Of a stretch of DNA of 64,000 nt, positions 23,946 through 37,959 are shown in pieces. The stretch is taken from assembly GCF_963921235.1 (NCBI RefSeq), contig NC_086102.1, forward strand, positions 44,020,001 to 44,084,000. The letters run 5' to 3'. Numbering within the stretch: position 1 is the stretch's first letter; each line of letters begins with the position of its first letter. The translations under genes and the position numbers were made by a program. This DNA comes from Mobula hypostoma. Lineage: Eukaryota. The notes below the pieces were generated by a model. The model ran no database searches and was not told the origin of the DNA. It saw only the letters and a program-made list of their open reading frames with translations.

Positions 23946-25209
23946 CTGAATAAAGGATAAAAATAATGTAGTTATAAACAAAACCTTCTTGAAAAAAAAA
24001 ATTCAAATGTTCACGTACGTTTGAGCTGATCAGCTTTTCTATTGTTAACACAAGTCTGAAAAAGGTATATTTTTCCACTTACAAATTGCTTTCAGAAAAT
24101 TCCTTGCCTGATATTCATCTCACTTTAAGAACTTGGGCAATGGACGAGGATGATCTGCAGAATTTTCCAGTTTCTCCAATTTGATTGATTCCATTTATCT
24201 TTAAAAAGTTAATTGTATCCATCCAACACCTTCTTGTCTAAATATTAGTCTGTACTTTGCTGGGTCTTAACATTACACTGTTACACTCACATTTATAATT
24301 TACAGGATGTTTTCTATGCTACACTGGAACACTGCTCCCAGCAGATCTAACTTGCACAAAATCATCACTCTGCTTGAACAAAAGTTGGATAAGAATTACT
24401 ACAAAACCTCATGGCATGATTGGAGTCTGATCTGGAAATTCTAGGACTCTACTGACTTTGAGCCCATGTCCTTGTGCTAACAATTTAAAACTTCACCCAA
24501 TCAGTTTGTCTGAAAAGGGACCACAAATCCACAGTTTCAGTTCACTTGGCTGTCCACATCCTTTCTTTTCATTTCTGTCACAGGTTATAATAAAAATCGA
24601 ACAGGTCAATATTCGGTATTTTCAGTTTGTTAATAACATGGCTTTGCAGTGTTGTTATATTTCGCAATTTGTTTTGAGTCATGGCCAGATTTCTTGAGGT
24701 ATAGTAACATTCCCTATGGGTTTGAGAGTTGGATTCAGAAAGGGTTGAAAAATATGCAGTCTAAGAACATAACCTGTTGTCCTATCAGGTTGGAATGACA
24801 ATTGACCACTGTTAAAATTCTGATCACTGAATTTTTAGATATTTAGCAATAAAACTAATAATTGTCATGTTAAACTGCTAAGCTTAACAACAAGGATTTC
24901 TACCACAGCCTCAATATAAATTGACCCAGTTGATTCCATAAGCTGACAATATGGAAAATAAACTGCTTAAGGTAATATGGTATTATGATTACAAACTTAA
25001 CAGTCTATTAGGTAGAAATAAAAGCACAGATCTCTTAAAACTCTAACTGAAATTTTCACACATTAACAAAATTTGAATGCTTGCCCTGGGCCCTTCAATA
25101 CCAGCTTTGGCAGAATTATGTTGTCACTTACTTATTTGCCTCTTTGGCAAAAATTAAAGGTCTTAGAAATGATCTTCAATATTACTGTATGTGATGATTT
25201 TACATCCTC

Positions 25210-26285
25210 ACTGGCCACAGGAGTAATGCCAGGAGATTGGAGTATGACAAATGTTATTCCTTTGTTCAAGGAGAAAGTCATAGGGATGACCCTGGGAATT
25301 ACAGAGCAGTGATTTTACATCAGTGATGGGCAAACTTTTGGAGAGGATTTATAAGCAGTTGGAGAAACACAGCCTGATTAGAGATAATTAGCATGGTTTT
25401 GTGAGGAACAGGTCATGCTATATGAGCTTGATTGACTTGTTTGAGTCAGCGACAAAACTAATTGTTGAAGTTAGAGCAGTGGACGCAGTGTATATGGATT
25501 TTAGTACGGAATTCAACAAGATTTCCCATGGTAAGTTCATTCAAAAAGTCAGGAGCATGGGATTCAGGGAATCTTGGCTGCATGGATTTGGAATTGGCTT
25601 GTCCACAGAAGGCAGAAGATTGTACATAGAGTGTATCCTGCCTGTAGGTCTGTGACTAATGGTGTTCCACAGGGATCTGATCTGGGACCTCTGCTCTTCA
25701 ATATTTATAAAAATGACTTAGATGTGGAATTGGAACAGCATGTTAATAAGTTGGTGGTATTGTGCATGGTGTAGAAGGCTGTCACAGGTTACAATGGGAA
25801 ATTGATACAATGCAAAGCTGGGCTGAGAAGAGGCGGATGAAGTTCAACTTTGGAAGACTGAACTTGAAAGCAAAGTATAAGGTTAATGGCAGGATTCTTG
25901 ATCGTGTGGAGGAATAGATAGATCTTGTGATCCATATCCATAGATCCTTCAAAGTTGCCACACAAGTTGATAGGATAGCTGAGGAGGTCTATTATGTGTT
26001 GGCCTTTGTTAGTCAAGGGACTGAGTTTAAGAAGTGATTAGAGGAAAGTCTAAGGGTATGTCTGAGGTGGTTTTTAATTAAACACAAGAGAATTTTAAGT
26101 GCATGGAACACACTGCCCGGTAGGAGCAGATACATTAGGTATATTTTAGATAGGCACATAGATAAAAGAAAAATGAAGGACAATGTGGGTGAGAAAGGAC
26201 AGATTAATCTTGGAATAGGTTAAAACGTCAGCACATCATCATGGGCTAATAGGCCTGTACTGTTCTTTGTCCTGTGTTCCATGTT
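25210..26285 (+). mobile_element. Degraded CR1 fragment
   Basis: GDWSMTNVIPLFK, AVDAVYMDFS and GVPQGSDLGPLLF remnants with a CR1-type tail. Confidence 0.75.
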
Positions 26286-26380
26286 GAGGAAATATAGTCT
26301 TGAGTAGCAATGCAGCAATGTAGCAATGTGAGGAGGCTACTGAAGCATCTAACATCAACCTCATTCAGAGAATAACTTAC

Positions 26381-26429
26381 CAACAGGAACAAGCAACAAG
26401 GAACACACCACAGCTGAGATGTACGTCAT
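26381..26429 (-). CDS. Gene B signal-peptide exon
   Basis: Acceptor aattccttttcag|G-ATG, then MTYISAVVCSLLLVPV(G), then consensus donor G|GTAAGT in phase 1. Splices in frame to the IgV exon (…VPVG|AFRVGC…). Confidence 0.85.
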
Positions 26430-26589
26430 CCTGAAAAGGAATTAACAATTGGTTAGAAGAGAGTAAACTGAGCAATTAAAGCATCTACCAAATGGTCAGA
26501 GTAAAATAATAACGTTCAAGTGTTCAATTCTAATATTTGCTTCTGCACATTCATATACAAAAATTATTTAGATATTAAGACTATCAGAT

Positions 26590-27190
26590 GTATAGAACAT
26601 GGAACATAGAAAGGTACAATACAGGAATAAGCCCCTTGGTTCACAATGTCTATGCTGACCATAATACTCACCCAAACTAATCCCATCTACCTGCACATGT
26701 TCTGCATCTCTCATTTCCTGCCTGTTCATGTGCCTACCTGAATGCCTCACAAATGTTATTGTATCTGCTTCCACCACTTTACTTGGCAGCATGTTCCAGG
26801 CATCTACCACTCTCTTGTGTAAAATATTTTCCTTATAAATCTCCTTTAAGCTTTCCACCTTGCACCTTAAAGCTATGCCCTCTGTTATTTGTAACTTCAA
26901 CCCTGGGTCAAGGATTTTCATTATCTATCTATACACACCTTTCATAACCTTATAGATTTCTATCAGGTTGCCCCTCAGCCCTGATGCTCCAAAGAAAACT
27001 ATCAAAATTTGTTTAACCTCTCCTGTGGCCCAACCATAGTTTCAGACAACTGCAATATGACTTCCCAACTTTTATACTCAACACCCCAACAGATGAAGGC
27101 AAGTATCCCAGGTAACTTCTCTTCTACCCCATTTATTTTCAGGAAGCCATGAATTCGCACCCAAGATCCCTCTCAGACCATGTATATTTT
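26590..27190 (-). mobile_element. CR1 3' end
   Basis: Reverse complement of the RVVDAWNMLP motif and a (CATAGAA)n tail. Confidence 0.75.
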
Positions 27191-27684
27191 TGTCCACATT
27201 ATTATATATTACGGATTTGTTTCTAAGTTTGCAGAGGTCAACAAGACATCAAAATAAAATGCAATGTAAGTATTTCTGAAAACTAAGACATGCCGCAAGA
27301 AAATATTCAAAAGATGGGGCAAAAGCATAAGAATGAACTCTGGGGGCAGTTGGCTCATCCATCTACAAGTTCTGCTCTATCTGCGTAGACTGGAATGAAG
27401 CTTGTATCCATTGGGCAAGTGTAGGGACTGCAACTCTTCAAACACTAACTCCTGGATCCTCAAAGCTGTCCCACCTCAGAGGCATACTTTCTTATCCCCT
27501 GGACTGATAAAGTATACAGTAATTAACTAAAGGAGTGTGCACTGTTTCCAGGAATGCTCTCGTTCTCAATTGCATCATAGGATCAGAATCTCTGATTCCA
27601 GCTCATCATCTCCAAACCAAAATTCGTGTAAACGCAGGCAGATGTAGTCTTAGTATACTACAGCTGCAACATGTCACCTCTTAC

Positions 27685-27720
27685 CTTAAATATTTCAAAT
27701 CTATCGTCACTAGTAGCTTA
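27685..27720 (-). other. Candidate 36-nt 5' UTR exon of gene B
   Basis: Acceptor gggttttttcag| and donor AAG|GTAAGA. Lies between the CpG promoter and the leader exon. Confidence 0.3.
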
Positions 27721-28065
27721 CTGAAAAAACCCAATGCAAATATACACAGTGCTTTTCATTAAGTTCAGAGATTTAAAGTCCATAATATCTGTACTGTACC
27801 AATATATATACCCGGCTTCACTCAACTAACTCTAGCTGGTTACCCAGTCAGTTTGGAGACTTGTTTGCCTTGCTTTATATTACTATGATTTGAAACTAAA
27901 AAATTTAAGAGAATTGAATTGTAAAATTCACTAAAACATTTTAAAATAAAGCAAAACTCATCTAACTCACTAAAAGATGTAATAGATAAAGCAGTAATGA
28001 AATGTTATGGTTAAAATGATCTGCACTCCACAACCCACTCCCTTCACAACAACTTAAAATGCATA

Positions 28066-29701
28066 CAGGTGTCCGCTGCTTTTCGAACGTTCCCTTTACG
28101 AAACCTCGCTGTTACGAAAGACCTTTATCAGTTACCTGTTTTCGCTAACAGAAGGTGTTTTCACTGTTACGAAGAAAGGCAGCGCGCGCCCCGAGCAGCA
28201 AAGCTCCTCTCCCGGAACTGCATTCTAGCCGGCTTTGCTTAAACATGTGCTTGTGAGCAGCCGTTAGCAAGATGAGTTCTATGGTATCGGAAAAGCCTAA
28301 AAGAGCTTCTAAGGGTGTTACACTTAGCATAAAACTAGACATAATTAAGCATTTCGATCGTGGTGAAAAAAGTAAGAACAAAGTGAGTTTGGCTTGTGGA
28401 AGTTGACGAAGATGATGATAAAGAGGTTTGGCATCCCATGAGCAAAAACAGATAGATGAAGAGCCGATGCAATTGGAAGAGGAAAGGAAAATAATCGAAA
28501 CCACATGCAGTAGCGAATGGACCGAAAGTGAAGTTGTCCAGGAACTGAACGTGAGCAACTGCGTGAGATTTTCGCCACAATGATTGCAGAATAGTACGAC
28601 TTTAAGTTTGAAAGGGCATGTCGGTTTAGGGCATATTTGCAGGACGGTTTGACTGCTTACAAAGAACTGTATGATAGTAAAATGCATGAGGCTAAGCAGT
28701 CAAGCATGCCGTCGTTTTTCAAGCCTTCCACATCCGCCACAGCAGACGATGAACCTCAAACTTCGACATCGAGGCAAGCAAGACATAGAAGAAGATGACC
28801 TGCCTGCCCTGATGGAAACAGACAACGATGAGATGACACCCCAGTATCCCACCACCCCAACCACCAGGCCGCGGACCGATACATTGCCGCAGGGAATGCA
28901 GCGGTAGCCGGGACACACCCAGCACATCTTTAAAAAAAAGACCGAAATAAACAAGCTAATTAATTAGGTGCTGCCCGGCACATAAATGTCAGCCCAGATC
29001 AGAGGCCATTGTCAATTACGCTGCCTCTGATCTGGGCCGACATTTACGTGCCGGGCAGCACCTAATTAATTAGCTCGTTTATTTCGGTTTTTTTCTTAAA
29101 GATGTGCTGGGTGCGTCCCAGCTACAGCTGCATTCTCCGCGGATCAGTATCAGTTCGCTGCCCGGAGGTTGGGGATCACTGCACCACCCCAACCTCCGAC
29201 GACTCAGCCTAACACACCATCATCAGTGTGCTCGGCGCTGTCTTCTAGATTCCGGTAAGTGATACTGCACTGTACATACATTATTTCTACTTTATATAGG
29301 CTGTGTATTTTTAAGTGTTATTTGGTATGATTTGGCAGTTTCAAAGCTAAAGGGTTACCGGAGAGAGTGTTTCTGCCAAGAGCGCTTGCGCCATGTTTCT
29401 GCCGAGAGCGCTTGCATGAGATTTTCGCTACGGAGAACAGTGCGGCAATGATTGTAGAAAAGTATTTCTACTTTATATAGGCTGTGTATCTATCATATCA
29501 TTCCTGCTTTTACTATATGTTACTGTTATTTTAGATTTCATGTGTTATTTGGCATGATTTGGTAGGTTATTTTCTGGGTCTGCAAACGCTCACAAATTTT
29601 TCCCATATAAATAAATGGTAATTGCTTCTTCACTTTACGACATTCCGGCTTACGAACCGTTTCATAGGAACACTCTACCTTTGGATGGCAGGGGAAACAT
29701 G
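28066..29701 (+). mobile_element. Tigger/pogo internal-deletion derivative
   Basis: TA-flanked imperfect TIRs. N-terminal HTH remnant (KGVTLSIKLDIIKHFDRGEK) joined to a C-terminal remnant (LQDGLTAYKELYD). Contains a long internal palindrome. Confidence 0.75.
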
Positions 29702-30029
29702 TACTGTTATGTTTTATAACTCTAAAACATAAAAACTAATTGAAATAAAAACAAGGGAATCCAAAATAATATACCTGAAGTGAATCTTTGTGTTTACTTT
29801 AAGTGAAGCATGCACATATCACATGGTGGCATGATGACGTATACTAGTTACATACCTTTACATACAACTGGTAATAAATTATTTAAACAAAGAATGATTT
29901 ATCAACATGTTACTCAAATATTACTGAAAAATTAAATACTCAACACATACTTTATAACTTCTCCACTACTACTGTTGGCCAAATCAAAGATTCTGATGAA
30001 TTTTAGAGAGACTGAAAATCTGGTTGAGT

Positions 30030-33000
30030 CACGAGAGCCCTGCTGGCAGCTGATGGAGTATCATCATTTTAGATTACTCCTACCCTTTTTACCTTATTGT
30101 CTCCTACCAGTGTTTTTTTTTAAACCTTATTATAATACTTTAATACTGCTTTACTATGGCTGGGAAAAGAACAAAAGCTTCTGCAAAAGAAAGAGAAACA
30201 GAAGACGAATCCCCAGTCACTTTGGAATCAATCAGTGACTTCCTTAAACGGCAAAAATCTGAATTCTCCAAGGAGTTTCAACGGCTTAATGGCAAATTGG
30301 ATACAATCCAACAAACTTTAACTGAGCACGAGAACCGAATTCAGGAAAATACTGCAAAACTGGTGACATTTGAAGAGGATGTTGAAGATACATCTAACCT
30401 CTGCGAAGAGTTATCCTTAACCAATGAAAAAATGATGAAAAGGATTATCAGTCTAGAAAATAGAAACAGGAGAAATAACTTGCGAATTCTAGGTCTTGAA
30501 TCAATTGAAGGCACTGACCCTACAATGTTCTTTGCAAACTTTCTGAAAAAGCTACTCCCTGTTCTACTCACTTCTGAGCTGAAGCTTGATCATCACTCGC
30601 CAACTTCGAAGCCATTGTCGTCGGCTGTGAGACCCAAGTCGGTCACTCATGAATTTCATAATAAAGACCTTTTAATTCGCCATACCCGTCGACAAGGAAT
30701 GATTAACTTCCATGGTTACAAGGTCAGATTTGTGGAAGATTATTCGCCTGAAGTTACGGCTGATCATATGAAAGATAAAGAAGTTATGTCGGAATTTTAT
30801 AATAAAGGATTTGCACCTTATGAAGGAGGAGAAGATGGAGGCGCGACACAGCTCGCAGCGGCCACTCCGGTGAATGATATCTGTGCACAATTCTGATTTG
30901 ATGGAGACAGACGTGACAGCATGAAGGAACATCCGGTGAAACTTCTGAAATGCCTGTTTCACTGCTGTTCGCTGCTACCATGTGATCCAGAATCTCCAGA
31001 GGGGAAGGCCCCGAGTACTCGGATTTGCTTCTTGCTTGGCAGCCAGGGCGGGGTCGAAGTGCTCGGCAGAGATGGTGCTCGGTGTCAGAGGGCTGGTTGG
31101 AGGCTCGAAGTTTTTGGACGGACTCAGAGTTGGCTGCAGTCCGGTGCTTCCAACGCATCGGCAAGTTTGCGGCGCTTGGAGGCAGGGAGAGTTTCTCCCT
31201 TCTACCGTCAGCGTGAGATGATGGGGCTATCGGGACTTGAGCCATTTTTTTTTTACCATGCCCATGGTCTGCTCTTCATCAAATTACGGTATTGCTTTGC
31301 ACTGTTGTAACTATATGTTATAATTATGTTAGTTTTGGTTTGTCCTGTGTTTCTGTGATATCTCTCTGGAGGAACATTGCATCATTTTTTAATGCATGCA
31401 TTTCTAAATGACAATAAACGAGGACTGACTGTCCTCATAATCTAATCTAATCTAAACCATCCCTTCAGTTTCCAGCTCATCTGAGTATTGATTTGAAGAA
31501 AAAGAATAAAGTTGGTTGAAAACGCAAAGGAGTTTCTGAAGGATGAAGCCTAAAACTGTTATATTTCTTATTTGATCAATTTTCTCCTCTGTTAATATGA
31601 ATTTGAAATAAGGTTTCAATAAGCCTACGTTTTGGTTGTTCGTATATTGTTTTTCGTTGCATTTTTTTATACTTTTTTATTATATCCTTTTTTGAGGCTT
31701 TATTTTAATACAGCTTTCTTTGAATTTGTTTAAACTAATCCTTTTATATTTCTGAATTCTGAGTTATTTTTCTTTTTATGTTGTGTCTTGGTAGGGACAT
31801 ATTTGACCTTGTAGGATCGGAGTTTCTGTCAACAGGATTATTTGGGTAGGGAACTTAGTTATTAGCTCGCTGATTGTCTATTGGTCAGCTTTTTTGCTTT
31901 GGGTGGGGGAGGGAGTAGGGCCTATTTCTCTCTGGGAGCTGTGTTGGGTCGGTTATATGACTGCCTGTTTGACTACCTTACTTTATGATTTGCTTTCTAG
32001 TTTTTATAACTTATGGCCAGATATTTTAATTACATAATGATTTCTATTTAAAATGGTTCAAAATACTAACTTATTTTAGTTTGAATATGAAAGGGCTGAA
32101 TCATCCCATTAAACAGAACAAAGTGTTTGCTTATATTAAAAAATTAAAAGCACCCATTATTTTCTTACAAGAAACACACATACACAACTGTGATAGCTTA
32201 CATTTGTTTACTCGGTGGAAGGGTATGCAGTTCCACTCTTCGTTTAATGGAAAATCACGTGAAGTTTTGATTTTTGTAGATAATAGTTTCCTTTGTTCAG
32301 CATACAGTTGTTTTGGATCCTAATGGTCGATTTGTTATTGTATCAGGGAGTTTAGACAGTAAATTGATTGTGTGCCAGATTTGTGTACTTACTGTCTTAT
32401 GATGGGAGGAGATTTTAATTGTTGGTTAGATCCAGTATTAGATCGCTCATCTGTCAAACCAGCCACACTTAATAAATCAGCTTTGTTTATCCAACCCTTT
32501 CTAACTAAATGTGGTATAGTTGATGTTTGGCGTTTTCTGCATCCAACGGACAGGGAGTATTCTTTTTTCTCTCATGCCCATCATTCTTATACCAGGATTG
32601 ATTATTTTTTTATTGACAGTCAAATGATTCCATTGGTTCAATTGATCGAAAATAAAGAGATTGCTATTTCTGACCACTCTCCTGTACTTCTATCTTTAAA
32701 TCTCCCTGGTTCTATCCCTATGAGTAGATTTTGGCGATTTAATTTAACTCTGCTATCCAATGAGGACTTTTTAAAATTTATGGAAAATCAAATTACTCCT
32801 TTTTTTTCAAGAAAATACTTTGGAAGAGACGTCTTCTCTTATTATATGGGATACTTTTAAAGCATATATCCAGGGTCAAATTATGTCTTATACTGCAAAT
32901 ATCATTAAAAAAGCTAACAAAGAGAGAAACGAACTAGCTATTCAGTTAAAACTGGACCATAAATATGCTTCGATACCTGACCCTGAAACATATAAGAGAT

Positions 33001-36000
33001 GTATTGAAACCAAAACTAAATATGATCTTCTTTTAACCCATCCTATTGAAAGCCAGCTTATAAAAGATAGAAGTCAATTTTATATTCACGGAGATAAAAC
33101 TGGTAAGCTACCGGTTAATCAATTGAAGCCATTTTTAGCCAAGTGGCAAATTAAAGAAATACCTAAAATTAATGGGGACATTAGTGAGAGTAAGAGTTCA
33201 GCACGGACTAGAAGGGCCGAGATGGCCTGTTTCCATGCTGTAAATGTTATTTGGTTATATGACAACTGACCACTTTGAAATTAATAACACTTTGAGGGAA
33301 TTTTATTTCAAAATTTATAGTTCTGACTCTGTTAAGGATAATATTGCAATGAATAATTTTTTAGATCAATTGAATAATCCTAATCTTTCAATAGATGATC
33401 GTAGGCAATTGGATTAACCTATTTCCCAGGAGGAAATTGCTCAGGCTATTTGAGAATTGCATTCTGGGAAATCCCCAGGACCCGATGGATTCTCTGCAGA
33501 GTTTTATAAGGCTTTTTCCTCCCTTATACCACACTTATGTTCTACCCTTACAGATTCCTTTAAGGTAGGAAGATTACCGCAGTCCTTTTTATGAAGCTTC
33601 CATTTCGCTTCTTCTCAAAAAGAATAAGAATCCTACTGAATGTTCTTCGTATAGACCTATCTCTTTACTCAAGTTTTGATAACTAAAAATTTATCTAAAG
33701 TGTTGGATCGCAGACTTGAAAATATTTTATCTTCTATAGTTTCGGATGATCAGACAATAATTTATTAAAAATCGATATTCCCATTTTAATATATGGCCTT
33801 TGTTAAATGTTATGCATTCTCCATCTAAGGAAATATCGGAATGTGTGATATCTTTGGATGCAGAGAAGGCCTTTGACAGAGTTGAATAGAATTTACATCC
33901 TTAGAAAAAATTAATTTTGGACCTAATTTTATTCATTGGATTAAATTACTTTATTTATCTCCCTCCGCTCGGGTCCTTACTAATCTTCAGAATTCTAAAC
34001 CCCTTAAACTCCAATGTGGGACTAGACAAAGTTGTCCTTTGAGCCCTCTGCTTTCTGATTTGGTATTAGAACCCTTAGCAATTGCTTTTCGAGTGTCTAA
34101 AGAGATTACTGGTATTTTAAGGAGAGGTACTATCCATAAAGTGTCGCTCTATGCTGATGACTTATTGCTTTTTCTATCTAATGTTAAAACCTCCTTACCA
34201 TTTGTGTTTCGTTTACTAATTTTAGTCAGTTCTCAGGACATAAACTAAATTTACATAAAAGTAAACTGTTTCCTTTAAACAATTTAATACCAACTAATAT
34301 TAACCTTCCTTTTAAAATTTAACAAAAACAATTTATGTATTTAGGAGTAACAATTACTAAGAAATATAAAGATTTATTAAAGGAAAATTTTTTAACTTCA
34401 TTGAATTAAGTTAAAAAAGCACTTTCTAATTGGTCACCTCTCTATCTGTCATTGATTGGCCAAATTAATTCTATTAAAATGAATATCTTACCTAAATTTA
34501 TATACCTCTTTTCAAGCTGTGCCTGTTTTTATTCCTCAATCTTTTTTTGACGCTTTGGATTCAATTCTTCTTATAAATGGAAGAATACAAAACCTCTTAA
34601 AAATAAAGCTCACCTTCAAAAAAAAACAAACAGAATGGTGGCTTTGCCTTACCCAACTTTAGCTTATATTATTGGGCAATTAATATACAAAATATTACGT
34701 TCTAGATATATTACATTAACCATGAGAATTGCCCTATATGGGTTTCTTTGGAAGTCAACTCTATTATGAAATTTTCCATTATTTCTTTACTTGGATCCTC
34801 ACTTCCTTTATCTTTAAATAAGCTAACTGACAATCTGGTGGTCAAACATACTTTAAGGATTTGGTTACAGTTCAGAAAACATTTTGGTTTATTGAGATTC
34901 TCCCTCTCGAGCCTCATCTTTTCTAATTGTTTTTTTAAACCATCTTTAATTGACTTATCTTTCAAAGAATGGGATAGATAGGGTATTGAACGATTTTAGG
35001 ATTTGTTTGATGGAGGGAATCTCTTCTTTTTTGCAACTTTCAACGAAATTTAACCTTCCCAATACCCACTTTTTTCAATATTTACAGATTAGAGATTTTT
35101 AAAGATCTCAATTACATACATTTCCTACAAATCCAGATAAGAATAATAGATACAATTTTTAATCTGAAACCCTTTGACAACAGTTCAGTATCTTACATTT
35201 ATGGTCTGCTATTGGGACTGAAAAAGGCCTATTTAGACAAATTTAAAGGAGACTGGGAAAAGGATTTACAGATTTTCAAATTTGAAGAGAGCTGAAGATT
35301 ATTTTAAAATTGATTAATTTTTCATCATTATGTGCTCGTCATTCTCTATTACAATGCAAAGTGGTACATAGAGTTCATATGTCTAAAGACAAGCTCTCTC
35401 GTTTCTACGCAAATATTTCCCCTTACTGTGACAGATGTACTAATGGAATGGCCACACTAATTCATACGTTTTGGACATGTCTGAGCCTTAAAAAATTTTG
35501 GAAAGATGTATTTCAAACTTTTTCTGTACTCTTCAATGTTACTTTTAAGCCCAATCCTTTGACTGCCATGTTTGGTATTGTGAAGGATAGCGCGACAAAA
35601 CTGAAGCCATCTAATTTGCGGGTATTGGCCTTTATGTCTCTTATGGCCAGGAGGCCGATCTTGCTCAAGTGGAAGGAGACTGCCCCGCCCACTCATGCTC
35701 AATGGCTACCTGATGTTATGTTATGCCTTGATCTAGAGAAGATTCGTTGTTCGATTTCTGGTTCAAAACATGATTTTCTAATGTTATGGGGACCCTTTCT
35801 GAGTTATTTTCATAATCTTTGAACTGTTATTAAAGTATGGATCTGAGCCATTATTATAATATTAATTGTAAAGGTATCTCTTTTTATTTTCCTTCTCTTT
35901 TTTTTAACCAACCAGTTCATTTTGGTAGTGGGGGTAGATTTTTGTTAACAAAATACAATTATTTTATCTTATTTCATTTCATAACTCAATTTTTTTTCTA

Positions 36001-36143
36001 CATGATTGATTTGGAATATGGGATACTGTGATCATATTACTGTGTTTTAAATGTAATGCAATTCATATTACTTATTTGTATCCTAATGAATTTGGTATTT
36101 GTATTTATGCAATTTATATAATATTAATTAAAATATAGAAAGA
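30030..36143 (+). mobile_element. Full-length L1-clade LINE, inactivated
   Basis: ORF1 from 30156 (coiled coil, LENRNRRNNLRILG). ORF2 has APE (NMKGLN, QETH, GGDFN, IDYFF, SDH), RT (KSPGPDGF, YRPISLL, DAEKAFDRV, YADDLLL) and C-terminal CDRC..H..WTC, with many frameshifts. 16-bp TSD gaaaatctggtt(g/a)agt at 30014-30029 / 36144-36159. Confidence 0.92.
30815..31453 (+). mobile_element. Non-autonomous retroelement inserted in L1 ORF1
   Basis: Interrupts ORF1 between YNKGF and KPSLQFPAHL. Has a (TAATC)n tail and is homologous to 3870-4347. The 5' boundary is approximate. Confidence 0.75.
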
Positions 36144-36159
36144 GAAAATCTGGTTAAGT

Positions 36160-37495
36160 GATGCCAAAACACTAGTCCCTCACTCAGCGTCAGCAAAACC
36201 TAAGAGCTGATTATCATCTGCAGGAGGATGAAACTCATTCCAGGAATGGAAGTGGAGAAGGCAGTAGCTTTAAATTTCTTGGCGCTAATATATCAGAGAA
36301 TATTTCCTGGAACCAGCAACTAAGTGTTATCACTGAGAAGGCACAGCAGTGCCTTTACTTTCTTAGAAGTTTATGCATTCCTGGCATGTCACAAAGAATT
36401 CCGACAATCTTCTACAGATGCACAGTATAAAGTATCCAAACTAGTTGCATCGTGGCTCAGCATGGAAAGTTGTGCCCGGGAATGGTGAAGGTTACAGAAA
36501 GTAGTGGATACAGCCCAGTCCATCACAGTCAAAGCCCTTCCCACCATTGAGTATATTTACATGGAATGCTGCGACAAGAAAATAGCATCCATCATTAAAG
36601 ACCCCCACCAAATAGGCCATTCTCTTTTCTATACTACTGCTGGGCAGGAGGTACAGAAGCTTAGGGTCCCAGGGACAGTTATTACCCCACTACCATCAGA
36701 CTCCTGTTCCAGAAAGGATAATTTCAATCACCACGACTCTGAACTGATTCTATGACTTACAGACTCACTTTCAAGGATCCTTTACAACTCATTTTTATGT
36801 GCACAATTCGTCATTTGCACATTAGCTGTCAGTTGTTTGTCACTTTGTCTACTCATGAATAATTTTTCATAAAATTCTATTTTTGAATTGAATTGAATTA
36901 TTTAAATGATACATCCGTCCCGCAACACAAGGCAGTAAAACTCTTTCCGTCACAATGTCTAAAGGCTTGCAGAAAGAAGCTGTTCCGTAGCCTGTTGGTC
37001 CTGGCTTCAATGTTGCGGTACCATTTACCAGACAGAAGCAGCTGAAACAGTTTATGGCTGGGGGTGAGTGGTGTCCCCGATTATCTTCCAGGCCTTCTTT
37101 ATGCACTTACTGTTATAAATGTCCTCAATGGAGGGAAGTTCACATCCACAGATGCACTAGGCTGTCCGTACCACTCTGCAGTGCTCAGCGATCAAGGTTG
37201 GTGCAGTTCCCATACCAGGCGGTGATGGAACCAGACAGAATGCTCTCAATGGTTCCCCTGTAGAAGGTCTTGAGGATTTGGGGGCTCATGCCGAACTTCT
37301 TCAGTCGCCTGAGGTGGAAGAGACGCTGTTGTGCTTTTTTTTGCCACACAGCCAGTGTGTACATTCCAGATGAGATCATTGGTGATGTGAATACTGAGGA
37401 ACTTGAAACTACTCACCCTCTCAACCACTGTCCCATTGGTACCTCCATTCCTCCTGTAATCCACGATCAGCTCTTCTGTTTTTGTTTGGTACGTC
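36160..37495. mobile_element. Two Rex/L2-like LINE 3' fragments (about 36160-36760 on +, 36890-37495 on -)
   Basis: KKAQQRLFHLRRLKKFGMSPQILKTFYRGTIESILSGSITAWYG on the minus strand, with related degraded text on plus. Confidence 0.7.
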
Positions 37496-37959
37496 TTTTT
37501 TCCCCTGTAAACACCTTCAAGAAAAATTAATCTCAAGGTAATATTTGGTAACATATAGTATGTATCAGTCCTGAAGAAAGGTCTCGGCCCAAAACGTCAA
37601 CTGTTTACTCTCTTCCACAGATGTCGCCTGACCTGCCAAGTTCCTCCAGCACTTAGTGAGTGTTGCTAGGGTAACATATAGGTACTTTGATAACTTTACT
37701 TTGACTTTGATCTCTGGAGGGAGATGGACAGTTGATATTTCAGGTCAACACCTGTTATCTGGATCCTTCAATCCAATGAATGGTCTTGACTCGAAACATC
37801 GACTGTCCATTTCCCTGCACAAATACTACCTGATCCTCTGAGATCTGGCAGTTTGACCATACACAGAAGCGGATGTCGGACATTCAACCAATTAAGTCTG
37901 CTCTGCCATTTCATCATGACTAATTTATTATCCCTCTCAATCACATTCCCATGCCTTCT

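Noticed and set aside
24083-24120. GTAAGT donor 137 nt upstream of gene B's V exon as a leader exon
   Set aside because: The ATG frame hits TGA and the peptide is not hydrophobic; a much better leader lies at 26381-26429.
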